This document shows positions 26,271-42,034 of a DNA stretch of 64,000 nt, piece after piece. Origin of the DNA: Eledone cirrhosa (taxonomy: Eukaryota); NCBI GenBank assembly GCA_964016885.1, contig OZ024744.1, positions 77,252,001 to 77,316,000 of the forward strand, read 5' to 3'. Every line of letters begins with the position of its first letter. The stretch's first letter is position 1. The notes under the pieces are model-generated. The model saw only the letters and a program-made list of their open reading frames with translations, did no database searches and was not told the origin of the DNA. The position numbers and the translations under genes were made by a program.

Positions 26271-26494
26271 TTACACTGCTCCCAGTACAACACGAACCCA
26301 AACACCCTAAAATTACTTCATGCGGCTAATAGATATACTTATGTATGCGGACATATTACTTTTATTTTCTATATGTGTGTAAATATATTTATTTATGTAT
26401 GTATGAATATGTGTGTGCGTATATATGTATGTATATATGTATGTATGTGTGTGTGCGTGTGTGTGTGTATGTATGTATGTGTTTGTGAGTATGC

Positions 26495-26560
<66 letters not shown>

Positions 26561-26745
26561 CTCTGCATGCATGTAAGTTTGTATGTACGTATGTCTGTGT
26601 GTGTGTGTACGCATATATATGTGTATATATATATGTAAATATATATATGTATATATGTATGCATGTTCGTATGTCATTGCGTGCATAGATTTTTGTGTGA
26701 TTTCATCTATATATATATATATATCATACAAACGTTTGTTATATG

Positions 26746-26830
<85 letters not shown>

Positions 26831-26863
26831 ATTTGCAACAACACAGCACGTCATTTTTAATTC

Positions 26864-27028
<165 letters not shown>

Positions 27029-27035
27029 CATATAT

Positions 27036-27243
<208 letters not shown>

Positions 27244-27874
27244 CATATATTGTACGTGTATATATATATGCACTTATTACGTGCTAAACTTCTGGAATCT
27301 TTACATATTTTAACAGTCCCGCATAAATGGCTTGTAATTGTAATTTCTTAATTGTGATTTCCTGATGGCGATAGAGAAGGGGGGGGGGCTGAGTGATTGT
27401 GGTGGGGGTACATTAACATCAGGCCAAGCCAATCTCCATTTCCATTCCCTTGAAGTCAAAAAAGCTGATTGATATGATAGATTGATTTTTTGATTGATCA
27501 TCAGCCACTGAGGATCTTTCGAACCCTCCGACTCATTTACATGAAGTCGCCTGCCAACACACTCTAAAACTCTGGTCCACAGACAATGAAGTATTTTAAG
27601 TATTAAAAAAAAGTATATAAGCTATAGCTTATTTTTGCCTCAGTACTGAGTGAGTAAGCATTACTGATGATGCATAAATACATTTTTTAAATCCTGAAAT
27701 ACTAGTAGTGTCTGTCTTTCTCACACGGCCACTGAGATAGCTGTGATATGATCACAGTTTCAAGCATCCATGACATGAAGTATACATGACATGAAGCATA
27801 CATGACATGAAGTATACATGACATCAAGTATACATGACATCAAGTATACATGAATATATAGTATAATGTCTTCA

Positions 27875-28316
27875 TATTCTCGGGTCCTAAATAATGCAAT
27901 TTGGGGGAGGGGGAAGTCGATTAAATCGACCCAAGTGTGTGACTGGTACTTTATTTTATGACCCCGTAAGGATGTAAGGCAAAGCTAACTTCGGCGGAAT
28001 TTGAACTCTGAGCGTAAGGGCCGTAACTCCAAGCCACGCAGCAGGGTATCCGACACCCTACCGATATTGCCAATCCACCGCCTTTTGTATCCCAAATAAT
28101 AGGGGCTGTCGGAATAAGCGGGGAGGGGGGTGATAATCGGTAATTTTGCTATTTTGTCTCCGTTCATTTGATTTTTCTTTAAACCAAAATTTTGCCAGAG
28201 ATAGATTAGCAAAATTTTAATGGGGAGGGGTTGAAATTAGAGCACGGGTGGGAGGGGGCTTGGAAAAAATCTGAAAAATTAATAAGTGGGCTCAATTATT
28301 CAAAACCCGCAAGTAT
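27875..28316. mobile_element. MITE (TACTCTCGGGTCCCAAATAA end) with a nested SINE A (27895-28083, -)
   Basis: The SINE is flanked by TCC(T/C)AAATAAT duplicates; the same MITE end recurs at 36110. Confidence 0.55.
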
Positions 28317-28582
28317 ATACTTGTCAACTCCACAATATATGCAAATGAGCATCCCCCAGCTAATATTTTTATACACAAAAAGTATTTAAGCTTTACCTTA
28401 TTCCTTTCTTAATACCAAGTAAGTAAAAAGCATCACTGATTTGAAAATGCAACTGGAATCTCTTAAGAATATTTATTTACTTTAAATAAATAAATATCCT
28501 TAAAAGACTACAGTTGCATTTTCAATTTCTTTCCCTTATACTTTCACCCGTGTGGAACCTCATTTTCTTATATGTATATATG

Positions 28583-28613
<31 letters not shown>

Positions 28614-29239
28614 AATGAACTGCATTAACCTTTTACTATTTGTGGGGGGCAAATATCGATGCAGCAAGACCAAATTGTTAAAGAGTTCATTCGCAATCAT
28701 ATGGGTTCTGGGTTCAATCTCGCTGCGTGACATCATAGGTATGTGTCATCAGCTGGTCGACCCAAGCTAATTAAATGTGTAATGAATTCCTCGCACAGAA
28801 ACATAATGAAATAGCATTTTTTTTAACGGTCGTATATTTTAAAATTTTCGAGCTTTCCTGTCGTTTTTATGTAGATAGTTATTAATGTAGTAACCATGTC
28901 AACATGAATATCCTTGGGGACTAAAACCCCTTTTCTGCAGGTACTTGATAACACCACGATGCCTAATTTTGTTCATTTTCAAAAGAAGTCGCTACTAGTT
29001 GCTTTTGAAGTCTTCTTTGAACAATCAGATGTCAGTTTACCTGATAAAACAAAATAACAACACAAGGCAGTTATTAATAAGAATAGTAGAAATTAATGCA
29101 TGCAAGATTTCAAAGTTCTAGCATCACTCCTTCATAATCAGTCTATGAACTTTTCAGCTCACGCTTGTAATTTAAAAATCTTCTAGATCTAATTATCTCC
29201 TACTGTTAAAAGTTACACGAGTAGTAATACTTCTAAGTT

Positions 29240-29640
29240 ATTTATATTTATACAAAAATAATACTTCTAAGTTATTTAAAGTAACAAATAAAAAGGAAAT
29301 GAAAATAAGAAAACGATAAAAAGAGTCAAACAATGAATGAAAGGTAGACGGGGCAGGACAGATACTACATTCCAGTCTGAGAGGTCCTTCAACCGCGGAC
29401 AAAATGGTAAAGGCATTACCGCGGGGAATGGCCAGGGACACCCGCTGCAACAGCTATCCCACCTCACAGGCGAGATGCTGTCCTTCCGATTTTACGAAGA
29501 AAATGCGCAGTGTGAGGACCGAGGAAACCAGTACAAAAAGGAAGCGGTCAGAGAAGCCTTGATATTTAGTTATCTTGTTCTTTTCTGCATTGCGGGTGGT
29601 GGTGCCTGAGTTTGTGGCCGAAGCGACAAAGAGAATGAGT
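29240..29640 (-). pseudogene. Second CRE-like retrotransposon 3' remnant
   Basis: RNAEKNKITKYQGFSDRFLF..QRVSLAIPRGNAFTILSAV across frames. Confidence 0.7.
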
Positions 29641-29909
29641 CGCAACACGTCGTTTTCCTAATTAGAGATTTGTCTCCTTCGAAAGGGGAGAGAGTTAATC
29701 TGATGGGGACGCTTGCCATCGCCTCGGTCGAAGCCAGCATTCGACAACTCATGCTCTGCATTGGAAATATCTATCTCAGCCCAGTCTGCAGCCATCATTC
29801 CCTTTGACATTCAATACACACAACTCTTAGTTTTGACACTGCCACTAAACCAACTACAGGCCGAATCGTTTCTCATTCTGAACTGTCTGCACCATATAAA
29901 GTCTTCAAC

Positions 29910-29953
<44 letters not shown>

Positions 29954-29954
29954 T

Positions 29955-30510
29955 TTGCCGAGATTAACTTTGCCTTTCATCCTTACAGGGTCGATAAAAT
30001 AAAGTACCAGTAATACACTGGGTAATTACTGGCCTTGTGCCTAACGTAGAAACAATTATTTATTTATTTGTTGTTGTTGTTGTTGTTGTTGCAGTATTGA
30101 TAGAGCGTCGGACAACATGCTTTGTAGCGTAGAGTTATGTCCCTTTATGTTATGAGTTCAAATCCCATCGAAGTTAGCTTTGCCTTTCATTCTTACGGGG
30201 TCGATAAAATAAAGCAGCAGTAACGCACTGGAGTCGATTTAATCCACTTTCCCCTCCCCAAAAATTGCTGGCCTTGTGCCTGTATAAGAAACCTTTATTA
30301 TTATGTTAATGACAAGGGCGGTGGATTGGCAGTATCGGTAGAGGGTCGGACGCCATGCTTTGACGCATAGAGTTACGGCCCTTGCCATTCTCAGTTCAAA
30401 TCCCGCCGACGTTAACTTTGCCTTTCATCCTTACGGGGTCGATAAAATAAAGTACCAGTAATACACTGGGTAATTTGCTGGCCTTGTGCCAATAGTAGAA
30501 ACAATTATTA
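29955..30510 (+). mobile_element. Three SINE family A copies
   Basis: Match to the family consensus. Confidence 0.85.
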
Positions 30511-30835
30511 TGTTAATGACATTTATCTAATTTAAATAAAATAGTGTTCCCTCTCCTTCCCACGATGCAACTGAGCAACTAAGCACAAATAAGCATGTGC
30601 TTATTTTACTTAATGCTTAATCCAACTCTGGTCTGCAACAACTAGTATTATACATCTGGCATAAATCTGACAGAATATAGGAGGCACTTCAAACACCCTT
30701 GACCTCTTTTTCACCTCCAAACCCAACCTTTACTAAGTCATCACCAACTCAACATTCATCAGATCGTCTGATCACTACCTAATCAAGACCACATACTGCA
30801 CAACTTCCTATAAACTTCCTGCTCGAACCACACCT

Positions 30836-30950
<115 letters not shown>

Positions 30951-30989
30951 AGTAAGTAAGTTAATTTTTTAAAATTTTCTTATTTTACG

Positions 30990-31777
<788 letters not shown>

Positions 31778-31871
31778 GTAGAACACTGGAAGGTAATATC
31801 CGTAGTGGTAGAGCACTCAGTCCATGGAACGAGTTAGGTAGAAGTGGTAACACAACAGTTAGTTCACCATA

Positions 31872-31911
31872 CCGAGAACAATTGTTTCACCCTAGCGGAT
31901 CCTCACCTCGG
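31872..31911 (-). ncRNA. Hammerhead with mutated C3, downstream of a Penelope-like ORF end
   Basis: Minus strand CCGAG-GTGAGGA-T-CC gctag GG-T-GAAA-CAATTG-TT-CTCGG. Confidence 0.6.
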
Positions 31912-32081
31912 ACTAGTCATGGTTATACGGAATAGGAAGAACAACCGTATGAACGCGCATGCGCAGAAACGGTCACTTCACCCAAGCGATACAATGCCAC
32001 GGGCGAAAGGTGTAAGGGAGATAACTGCGAAAGTCCGAAAAGTAGTTCCAGTTGATAAGAAAATTAGAATGTTGTTGTTAT

Positions 32082-32222
32082 TCAATCCGGAGCTTTGTAG
32101 TTATGTAAGAGGTGTTTCCAGACATGTAGACGACATGTGAAGATTTCATATCTTGAATTTAGGCAATCGCTATTGCGTAATCTCCTTAGAATATTTATCC
32201 GTTCATCAATACACAGTCCACA
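32082..32222 (-). pseudogene. Penelope-like element GIY-YIG endonuclease C-terminal remnant
   Basis: Hand translation CGLCIDERINILRRLRNSDCLNSRYEIFTCRLHVWKHLLHNYKAPD*, matching the CxLC..E..LNxRxE..C.H..K.LL terminus of PLE endonucleases (from memory). Confidence 0.7.
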
Positions 32223-32363
32223 AGACTCGATACTGGGTAGTAGAGTGGGTAATAGGAAAAGAGTCAGAACTCCGACGGGTGAGCTCCGACCGTTTCGACA
32301 GCTAGGTCAGACCTAGCAGTCCAAACGGCCGGAGCTCAGCCGTCGGGGTCCTGACTCTTTTCC

Positions 32364-32555
<192 letters not shown>

Positions 32556-34309
32556 AAAATGTGTGTGTGTATTTATATGTATATATGTATATATATATAT
32601 GTATATATTTTAGACAGTGCAGCTGTTACGTATACACCTATAAACATCCTAGTACATATTGCAGTACTGTTCACATATCTCGGACAATGCGGCTGTTACA
32701 TGAACATCCCCGTCTCCACACACACACACTCACATACACACACACACACACAAACAAACAAAACTAAGCCAAAAGAATAGTTATCTGACTCATTAGTAAT
32801 GACACGCTGTTTCATTTTTTTTTCTACTACAAGGCCTCTGCTCCTCTGAACTAGATACCTGTATGCATAACACAGAGACAGCACTGTGTTATTGACGAGT
32901 GATTCTTTCGGTTTAGGGCTGGATCAACAATTATACAAAAGAAGCAATATGCTTAGAACATCAAGGAAAGAGGGGCTCTGTTTTATACAAATTAAATGTA
33001 TTTGTCATTCCACAAAATATTTTTTATGACTTTATATATTGAGAGCATCATAATGTTTTAAATGCTTTGAGCCGCCAAGGGGACTTAATCCGGCCTTATT
33101 TCGATTGCAATGATAAGTTTATTTCTTCCAAAGAAATTAACATTACAGAAACATTACAGAAACAAGAATTATAAACCAAACCTTTGAAGCCTCGTTATTT
33201 GGAAATGGAACAAAATTACTCCTCAATGCGCAACAAGACGTCCAATTAAACGCCAAAAACTGCTCCAAGGGTACTTTTAGCGGAATCTATTCTGTTGCCA
33301 GTGTTGGGTTAAGTCGCTTTGAGGCCTTAAGCCTTTAAAAGAATTATTTAAAGGATTATGGTGAACCCCATATATGACGTCTACAAAAATATTTGTCGGG
33401 AATTATATGTATACACCTAATTTGAATAAAATGGTGCTCTCTTTCATTAATGCTCCAAACAAGTGCTTGTTTTACTTAATGGTGTGGAGATCTTTCTCTC
33501 AACACACCATTGCTTGTGTCCTTCCGATCCTGGAGAGCTTGTGAGGGCCAGCAGTACAACTGTTTCTTTGAGATCCACCGAGTAAAAAAAAAATGGCGAT
33601 GAATACCTGTGCAAAATGTGTTTAACGTTTGTGTGAATGGATTATTATAATCTTATATATCTAACAGACCTGTCGACTCTACCCTTCCGATGTCTTCTCT
33701 TATGAAAATTGGTATACCTTTCATTATGTAAAATCTTCCCATTTTGCCTCATTTCTTCCCGATTTGAGGCACTTTTTCTCATGGTATTCCCCATGTTGGT
33801 TTTTAGAGGTTGGCAGGTCTGTTTCTAAATTTGACATTGAATTTAGTGTCTTAAATTTAGACAATAGTGTCGGTGGTTACAGGTTTCCAAAGATCAATCA
33901 TTGATTCATTGAATTATGCTAGCGTCAGTGACATGTCCCGACTTTTATTTCCTCAAAATTATCGGGTTGTGTCGTCTTCTCCGGGCCATCAGATAGCGCA
34001 CCGACGACGGCAACGAACTGACCTGACTGCCGATGCTAAGCATCTCTGAGCAGCCTACGAACTCGTCGGGGGCCATATCTGAGGACGTCACCGACCCGTA
34101 GTGACGGTAAGAGCGAATTCGATGCAGACCTGCCAACCTCAAAAAACCCAAACGCGGAGTACGATGAAAAAAAAGTGAACCAAAACGGGGAGAAATGAAG
34201 CAAAGTGGGGGAGACTTTACATAATGAAAGCTATACCCATTTTCACCCACCCCAAAGTGGGTGGGAGATCTCTCCGTCGGACGGAGAGAGTTGACAGGTC
34301 TGACTATTA

Positions 34310-34318
34310 CCACTACTA

Positions 34319-34387
<69 letters not shown>

Positions 34388-34433
34388 ACTACTACTACTA
34401 CTACTACTCCTACTCCTACTACCGCTGCTGCTA

Positions 34434-34494
<61 letters not shown>

Positions 34495-34498
34495 CACA

Positions 34499-34545
<47 letters not shown>

Positions 34546-34547
34546 CT

Positions 34548-34593
<46 letters not shown>

Positions 34594-34606
34594 CACCACC
34601 ACCACC

Positions 34607-34650
<44 letters not shown>

Positions 34651-35247
34651 CACCACTACCTCCACCACTACTACTACCAACACCACCACCACTACTACCA
34701 CAGATACTACTACCCCCACTACCACCACCACTTCCACAACCACTACTACCTTCCCCACTACTACCACTACTACTACCACAGCTACTACTACGACCACCAC
34801 CACTACTACCACCACCAACACCACCACAACTACTACCAACACCACTACTACCTCTACCATCACTACTATAACTACCACAACTACTACGATAGCTACTACT
34901 ACCGCCACAACCACAACTGTTACGAACACCACTAACACCACCACTACTACCACCACCACTACCTCCACCACTACTACCACCACTACTACCACAGCTACTA
35001 CTACGACGACCACCACCACTACTACCACCACCATCACCACAACTACTTCCAACACCACTACTGCCTCCACCACTACTACCACAGCTACCTCCACCACTAC
35101 TACTACTAACACCACTACTACCACAGCTACTACTACTACACCATCACCAACACCACTACTACTCCACTACTACTACCTCCACTACTACTACCTCCACCCC
35201 TATTACTACTACTACCACTACTACTACCTCCACCCCTATTACTACTA

Positions 35248-35281
<34 letters not shown>

Positions 35282-35385
35282 CACAACTGCCACCACCACC
35301 ACCACCACAACTACTACTACCACTACTACCTCCACTACCACCACTACTACCACCACTACCACCACTAATACCACCACCACCACTT
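34310..35385. repeat. (TAC/CAC)n low-complexity tract
   Basis: Direct inspection. Confidence 0.9.
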
Positions 35386-35459
35386 GTACCATTTTTACCG
35401 TTCACTCTGCAGATATATGTGGATTTCACTTCAAAAGATAATTCGCACCCACCTCAATA

Positions 35460-35815
35460 TTTGTTTCTACTTTTGGCACAAGGCCAGCAATTACCCAGTA
35501 CATTACTGGTACTTTATTTTATAGACCTCGTAAGGATGAAAGGCAAAGTTAACCTCGGCGGGATTTGAACTCAGTCCGTAAAGGGACGTAACTATATGCT
35601 GGCAAGCATGCCGTCCGACTCTCTACCGATACTACCAATCCAATATTGGCCTTAAATTTTAATTTTTCGCATCGATCTTATTTATGTAAAAGTCGACCCT
35701 CGTTCTTCAGCATCTGTGAATCAAGATATTATAAATGTTAAGATGAGGAAGTTAATGTTTAATGTTTCTACACTATTATGAGATCTGCTGTAAGAGTGAG
35801 AGAGACGGAGGCAGT

Positions 35816-35887
<72 letters not shown>

Positions 35888-35905
35888 GAGACGGAGATAG
35901 TGAGT

Positions 35906-35965
<60 letters not shown>

Positions 35966-37354
35966 ATCAACGCATACATGTACATATTTTCAATTCGAGT
36001 ATTTTGGTTTATTAAAAGAACGTTAAAAATGTTGGGTAAGCATCCATTTTTTTTAAAGTTGTAGTGCATATCCATAAGCAGAAGTAAGTCTAAATGGACC
36101 TTAAATGAGTACTCTCGGGTCCCAAATAATAGTGGCAGCACGTGGCTTAGTGGTTAGAGCGTTACGCTTACAATCGGGAGGCTGTAAGTTCGATTCCCAG
36201 ACCGAGTGATAAGTTGTGTCCTTGAGCAAGATACTTTATTTGATGTTGCTCCAGTTTACTCAGCTGTAGAATTGGGTTGCGATGTCACTGGTGCTGCACT
36301 GTCTCAGCCTTTGCTTTTCCCTTGGACAACATTGGTGGCGTGGGGAGACGGGAGACGGAGACCAGTATGTATGGGCAATTGCTGGGCTTCCACAAACAAC
36401 CTTATCCAGACTTGTCCCTCGGACGGGGAGGGGGGACTTTCTAGGTCCAAAGTCCATGGTCATTCCTGGCCGGAGTGGGCGGGGGAGTCTTTAACCTTTT
36501 ACCCTTTTTCCGCATGTGGAAATATTTATAGATGTTACACGGCAATATTTATATGGTTTGATAGTAAGGAGTGTGTAATATCGGTATTACGGTGGATTGG
36601 CAGTATCGGTAGAGGGTCGGACGCCATGCTTTGACGCATAGAGTTACGGCCCTTGCCATTCTGAGTTCAAATCCCGCCGAGGTTAACTTTGCCTTTCATC
36701 CTTACGGGGTCGATAAAATAAAGTACCAGTAATACACTGATAATTGCTGGCCTTGTGCCAAAAGTAGAAACAATTATTACTCTTTTAAAGGGCGGTGGAT
36801 TGGCAGTATCGGTAGAGGGTCGGACGCCATGCTTTCCAGCATAGAGTTACGTCTCTTTACGGCCTGAGTTCAAATCCCGCCGAGGTTAACTTTGCCTTTC
36901 ATCCTTACGGGGTCGATAAAATAAAGTACCAGTAACGTACTAGAATAATTGCTGGCCCTGTGCCAAAATTAGAAACATTTATTACTTTTTTACTCTTTTA
37001 CCTGTTCCAGTAATCCGGCTGAGGCCATGCTGGGGCACCGTATGTAATTTATTGTTTTACTTTTACTCTCAGGTCTTTTACTCGCCGGTTATTAAATTTT
37101 GTTAATCTATCTCCGGCGAAAGTAATCGATATTGTAAGTGATCCATATTGATACAGCAGCTGGAGAATCTAACAATTGTTTCTACTTTTGGCACAAGGCC
37201 AGCAAATACCCAGTGCATTACTGGTACTTTATTTTATCGAACCCGTAAGTATGAAAGGCAAAGTTAACCTCGGCGGGATTTGAACTCAGATCATAAAGGC
37301 CGTAACTCTATACTGCAAAGTATGGTGTCCGACCCTCTACCGATACTGCCAATC

Positions 37355-37357
<3 letters not shown>
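35460..37357. mobile_element. SINE cluster: family A at 35460-35642 (-), 36590-36778 (+), 36788-36980 (+), 37173-37357 (-); family B at 36137-36500 (+)
   Basis: Match to the window consensus sequences. Confidence 0.8.
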
Positions 37358-37425
<68 letters not shown>

Positions 37426-38057
37426 AGAATCTAATAATTTGGAGAGTTTACCCTCCTCGTGCAGCAAAAGTGCAGCGGAACCTGGATTAGTCGCATACTG
37501 CACCAAGTTGCCGCTGGAAAAAGTGTCACATAATGTAAACTAAGATATAAAAACAAAGAGATCAAGGGTGGTCAGGAATGAAGTGCCTTTGCTGCTTGAC
37601 CAAGGACTAAACAACAATAGTTTAGAAGAGAAGGGAGGGGAGAGGCTAGCACTCTTCGTTATATTAAAGTGACATTACATAGGGAAAAATATATTCTGGA
37701 AAATCACTTAGAAACGATATTCGTACGTGTGTGAGAAAGAAAGAGTGTTTGTGTGGGAGTATGACAGGGGTGGGGGGTGTAACGGTGGCGGCACCGGAGG
37801 AAGGTGTGGTGAGTGATTGCAGGCGGAAACGGAGTAATGGTGATGTAGGGAAAGAGGAGGAACCATTGAATTAACGATGTATGACTTTCCTCCTTTTTTT
37901 TTCTTCTAAACCTCCCCGCCATCAGCCCCCCCCCCCCATAAAAAACAACAAAAATGTTGCTTGGAAAGTGTCAGAGGATTAAATAATGTGTGTACGTATG
38001 AGGCTGGAGTGTGATGGGAGGTTGGTGGGGATTAAACTCTGTAAGAAAGTACAAATG

Positions 38058-38093
<36 letters not shown>

Positions 38094-39379
38094 TGAATGT
38101 CGAATGTAATACAGTACTGTCAAGGACTAAGCTCAAATCTGCAACGGAATGGATCTCCATCGATTTCGATGATGAGTGTTGAGTTCCTGTTGCTCGATCG
38201 ATGGAACAGCCAGCTCTTGAAATTGATGTGTGTGTAAGTGGTTGAGTATTCCACAGACTTGTGTAATCTCCTGTGAGATTCAGCATCACACAAGTTGGCT
38301 TTTGAATTACAGGTAGAGTCCACCCGATGGACTTATAAACAGTTTCCATCTACCCAATTCCACTCACAAGGTATGGGTTGAATCGAGGTTATGGTCAATG
38401 ACAAGTACCCAAGATGCCACACAAAGAGATCGAACCCGTGAACTAATGATTACGAAGCGAATCACTTAACCATTCGGCCATTCCGCGTCTACTAAACATA
38501 CTAATGTAAATATTCTATTGCTTTTTTTGTATTACGTGTTCCAGCCGAATGGCTGAGACCATGCTGGGGAACCGCCGTTGTTGACTTTTTAAGACTTTGT
38601 TTTTAGTTTATGTTTATGGATAAGAGTCGTTAGAGCGTCTGATAGAATGATTTATGGTATTCGATCCGGCTCTCTGCTATCAGAGTTGAAATGCCGCCGA
38701 AGTCAACTTTCATTCTTTTGAGATCGATAAAAAAGTACCAGTCTAGTACTGCGGTGGATTCTTCCTCTCTCTGGAATAAATCTGCTGTACCCAGGCCTGG
38801 AGAAGGATGAGCTCCGCCAGGCTTAAAATGCCCAAGAAACGCCGTATTTCAATATACCACCCCTACGACTCTATCAAGAGTAATGGGACCATACATAATG
38901 GATACTACTTTTTATGAACTGAAATACACACTACAATCTTTGGTCAATAATTTCATGTATATGTATTTGGACAATGTTTTTAAAAATTTGAAATCAAGGA
39001 AGGTTTGGTCCCTTCCGGACCACCTTCGAGGCCTTAGGATACGCAATCTTTGTGCGTCCAGCCCACGCCTCCCAGGACAAGTCGGAGGCCCAAAGCCAGT
39101 TTTTGCGGCATGAAATGAAGGCTGCAATATATTTTTCGATCAGGCCAGAACGCGTCTCTTGTTAACCCGTGCAATGAATAATGCGGTATGGTTCTTATTG
39201 CAGTGGCAATTTCAGTGGTCTTATTCACGCCAGTCACCTATCTACTACTTTGTCAACCAGCGAAGACTAGGTTTATTTAGAGGCAGCACTACTCGCCTCG
39301 TCATAGCTATGTCATTGAGTTGTGAGAGTTTTCTTGGGAGCCTCAACTGTCTCCCATTGCTCCATCTCCCCTAGTAGTT

Positions 39380-39600
39380 TAGGAGTAAATCCCAAGCAAG
39401 ATGGTTGGATAACATCCATGGGCTTGGCTGATCGGGCTTGGGATCCAGCCGGATCAACTGGAGACGGTGGTTTCTGACAGGACGACTCTGCCCCCACGAC
39501 CATCTCAAGAAGAAGAAGAAGAAGAAGAAGAAGAAGAAGAAGAAGAAGAAGAAGAAGAAGAAGAAGAAGAAGAAGAAGAAGAAGAAGAAGAAGAAGAACA
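39380..39600 (+). mobile_element. Probable LINE 3' end with (GAA)n tail
   Basis: WLDNI..RINWRR..-like coding remnant followed by a long GAA tract. Confidence 0.4.
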
Positions 39601-40009
39601 AGAATCAAAATTCTATGCTGAAACTTTCAATATGTGTTATGTTAATAATATGTTTGTGTGAGTGTACGTGTGTTTGAGTATGTACACATATATATACATA
39701 CATGCATATATATACATATATACATACATACGCACGCATATATATAAACATACATATACACATATGCATATATACACTCACATACATAAGTATTGTAAAA
39801 AAAAGATGGTGTAAAGATTGAGAGTGGAGGAAGAGGAGACACATAGGACAAGTCTTATCAATAAACTCGCAGACTGTGACGACAATTAATAAATTGATTT
39901 GTTGATCATCTGATTGGTGAATTAATTAGCTGGTTATTGATAAAACTGTGAAATTAACGGGTGCGTGTGTTTTGATTGGCAGTATGACTCTCCCAAAATT
40001 TTTAACAAC

Positions 40010-41015
40010 TTCCCGCCTGCCTTCCATCGTTGGTGATGTTTGTAGGACCAAGTACACTCTGCGCCATGACATTTCTCTTCTTCACACTGATGGTTAATCC
40101 AAACTCCTTGGAGGCGTTGGAGGAGCGCCTGACAAACTGCTGCAGACCATCTTCAGTGTGAGTTCAAGGCTGCGTCATCGGTGAAAAGCATTTCACGGAT
40201 GAGTACCTCTGAATTTTAGTCTTGGCACGAAGGCGAGCAATATTGAAAGGTTTGCCGTCAGTCGTAATGTGAATGTAGACCTCCTCGCGGCAATCCTTAA
40301 AAACGTACTGGAGAAGAATGATGAAAAGGATGCCAAAGAACGTTGGTGCAAGGACACAGCCTTGTTTGACTCCAGTGCTGACAGGAAATGCCTTAGACGT
40401 TGCACCGTTAAAGAAAACTGTACTGTACATGCTTTCATGGAACGAAGTGACGACTGCGAACAGATGGGGAGGGCAGCGATCTTATGCAGTAGTCTGAAGG
40501 GCCCGCTCCAGTTGACCTTGATTAAGTCAATGTAGAGTGGCATAGGTTGTTCTTTACACTTCTTCTGTAGCTAGCGTAGCGAGATCAGGTCTAGTGTTGA
40601 CTGGTCACCTCGGAAGCTATACTGTGACTCTGGGAAGATGCGCACGGCTAAATTCTGCAGGCGCGCCAAGGCAACACGAGAAAATGCCTGCCTGACTATG
40701 CTAAGAAAGGGAGATTCCTCTGTTGTTGTTGTTGAAGTCGCTGCGGTCTCCTTTATTCTTGTACAAGGTGATGATATTGGCGTCACACAAATCATGAGGG
40801 ATGAAGCCATGTTCCCAGCAGAAACAGGGGGAGTTTCTGCAAGAGTTGGAACAGTGCAGACTTCCTAATCTTCAAGACATGTAACGAGATGCCATCATTT
40901 CCGTGAGTCTTCCCACATGTAAGGAAGTCGATGGCCGTGCTTAGCTCTTTCCTGGTAGGTGCCAAGTCCAGCTCCTCCGTGATAGGCGAGCCAAGGATGG
41001 CGTCTAGGACCAAAA
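40010..41015 (-). pseudogene. RTE/BovB-like reverse transcriptase remnant
   Basis: STVFFNGATSKAFPVSTGVKQGCVLAPTFFGILF, RIFPESQYSFRGDQSTLD and LYIDLIK motifs with frameshifts. Confidence 0.9.
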
Positions 41016-41039
41016 GTATACACACACACACACACGCAA

Positions 41040-41074
<35 letters not shown>

Positions 41075-41206
41075 CATATCTCTATATATATGCACACACC
41101 TTTCTCTCTATATATATACATATACACACAGATATACATATACATACATATACATATACATACATATACGTACATACATATGCATATACACACACATATA
41201 TATACA

Positions 41207-41280
<74 letters not shown>

Positions 41281-41284
<4 letters not shown>

Positions 41285-41709
41285 AAAGAATAGAGGTGTA
41301 ACACACAAGTTATTATATATATTGGTAAACGGAATAGAAAATGCTGACAAATTGTTCACAGTTGAAAAATGGTTTAATTAGGAATAAAAGAGTATTAGTG
41401 ATTGTATGGGTTAATATTCAGTTGTGGTTTTAAGTTTTTAAGTTTTTACCGGTTGCGCATTTCTAAATGCTTTTCAAAAATAATTTTGAGATAGAGTGTC
41501 CGTGCTGTTTGCTCTGATCTGGGCAAACAACACAGACACTCTATCTCAAAATTATTTTTGAAAAGCATTTAGAAATGCGCAACCGGTAAAAACTTAAAAA
41601 CTTAAAACCACAACTGAATATTAACCCATACAATCACTAATACTCTTTTATTCCTAATTAAACCATTTTTCAACTGTGAACAATTTGTCAGCATTTTCTA
41701 TTCCGTTTA

Positions 41710-41714
<5 letters not shown>
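41281..41714. mobile_element. ~390-bp hairpin plus tail element with a variant HHR; single-arm copy at 42982-43177
   Basis: Arms 41321-41714; motif TTGAAAA-GCATTT ag AAATGC-GCAA-CCGG-TA at 41555-41592. Confidence 0.75.
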
Positions 41715-41781
<67 letters not shown>

Positions 41782-42034
41782 TATATATATATGCAGACAG
41801 AGGGTGCAGTGCACCCTATTGCTGCATTAAGTGCGGCCGAAACTCGAGTCCGGGAACTATTATAGGCACCTGCTTTACGTGTGTTGTATTGAAGCGAATA
41901 ACTATGTGTATACTCTGGGAATATATCTTACATTGCCTACTGAGTACGGTGAGATACAACCGGTCCTGGCATTGATAAATATGCTGGGTCCGTCAACTCC
42001 TTATATATTTATATATATATATATATATTATATA

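Noticed and set aside
24539-26576. Long ORFs (406, 224 and 177 aa)
   Set aside because: Translations of trinucleotide low-complexity tracts
27771-27852. 16-bp tandem repeat CATGACATGAAGTATA, about 5 copies
   Set aside because: An ordinary minisatellite with no further structure
34243-35429. Poly-V/Y/H/G-S ORFs
   Set aside because: Simple (TAC/CAC)n repeats
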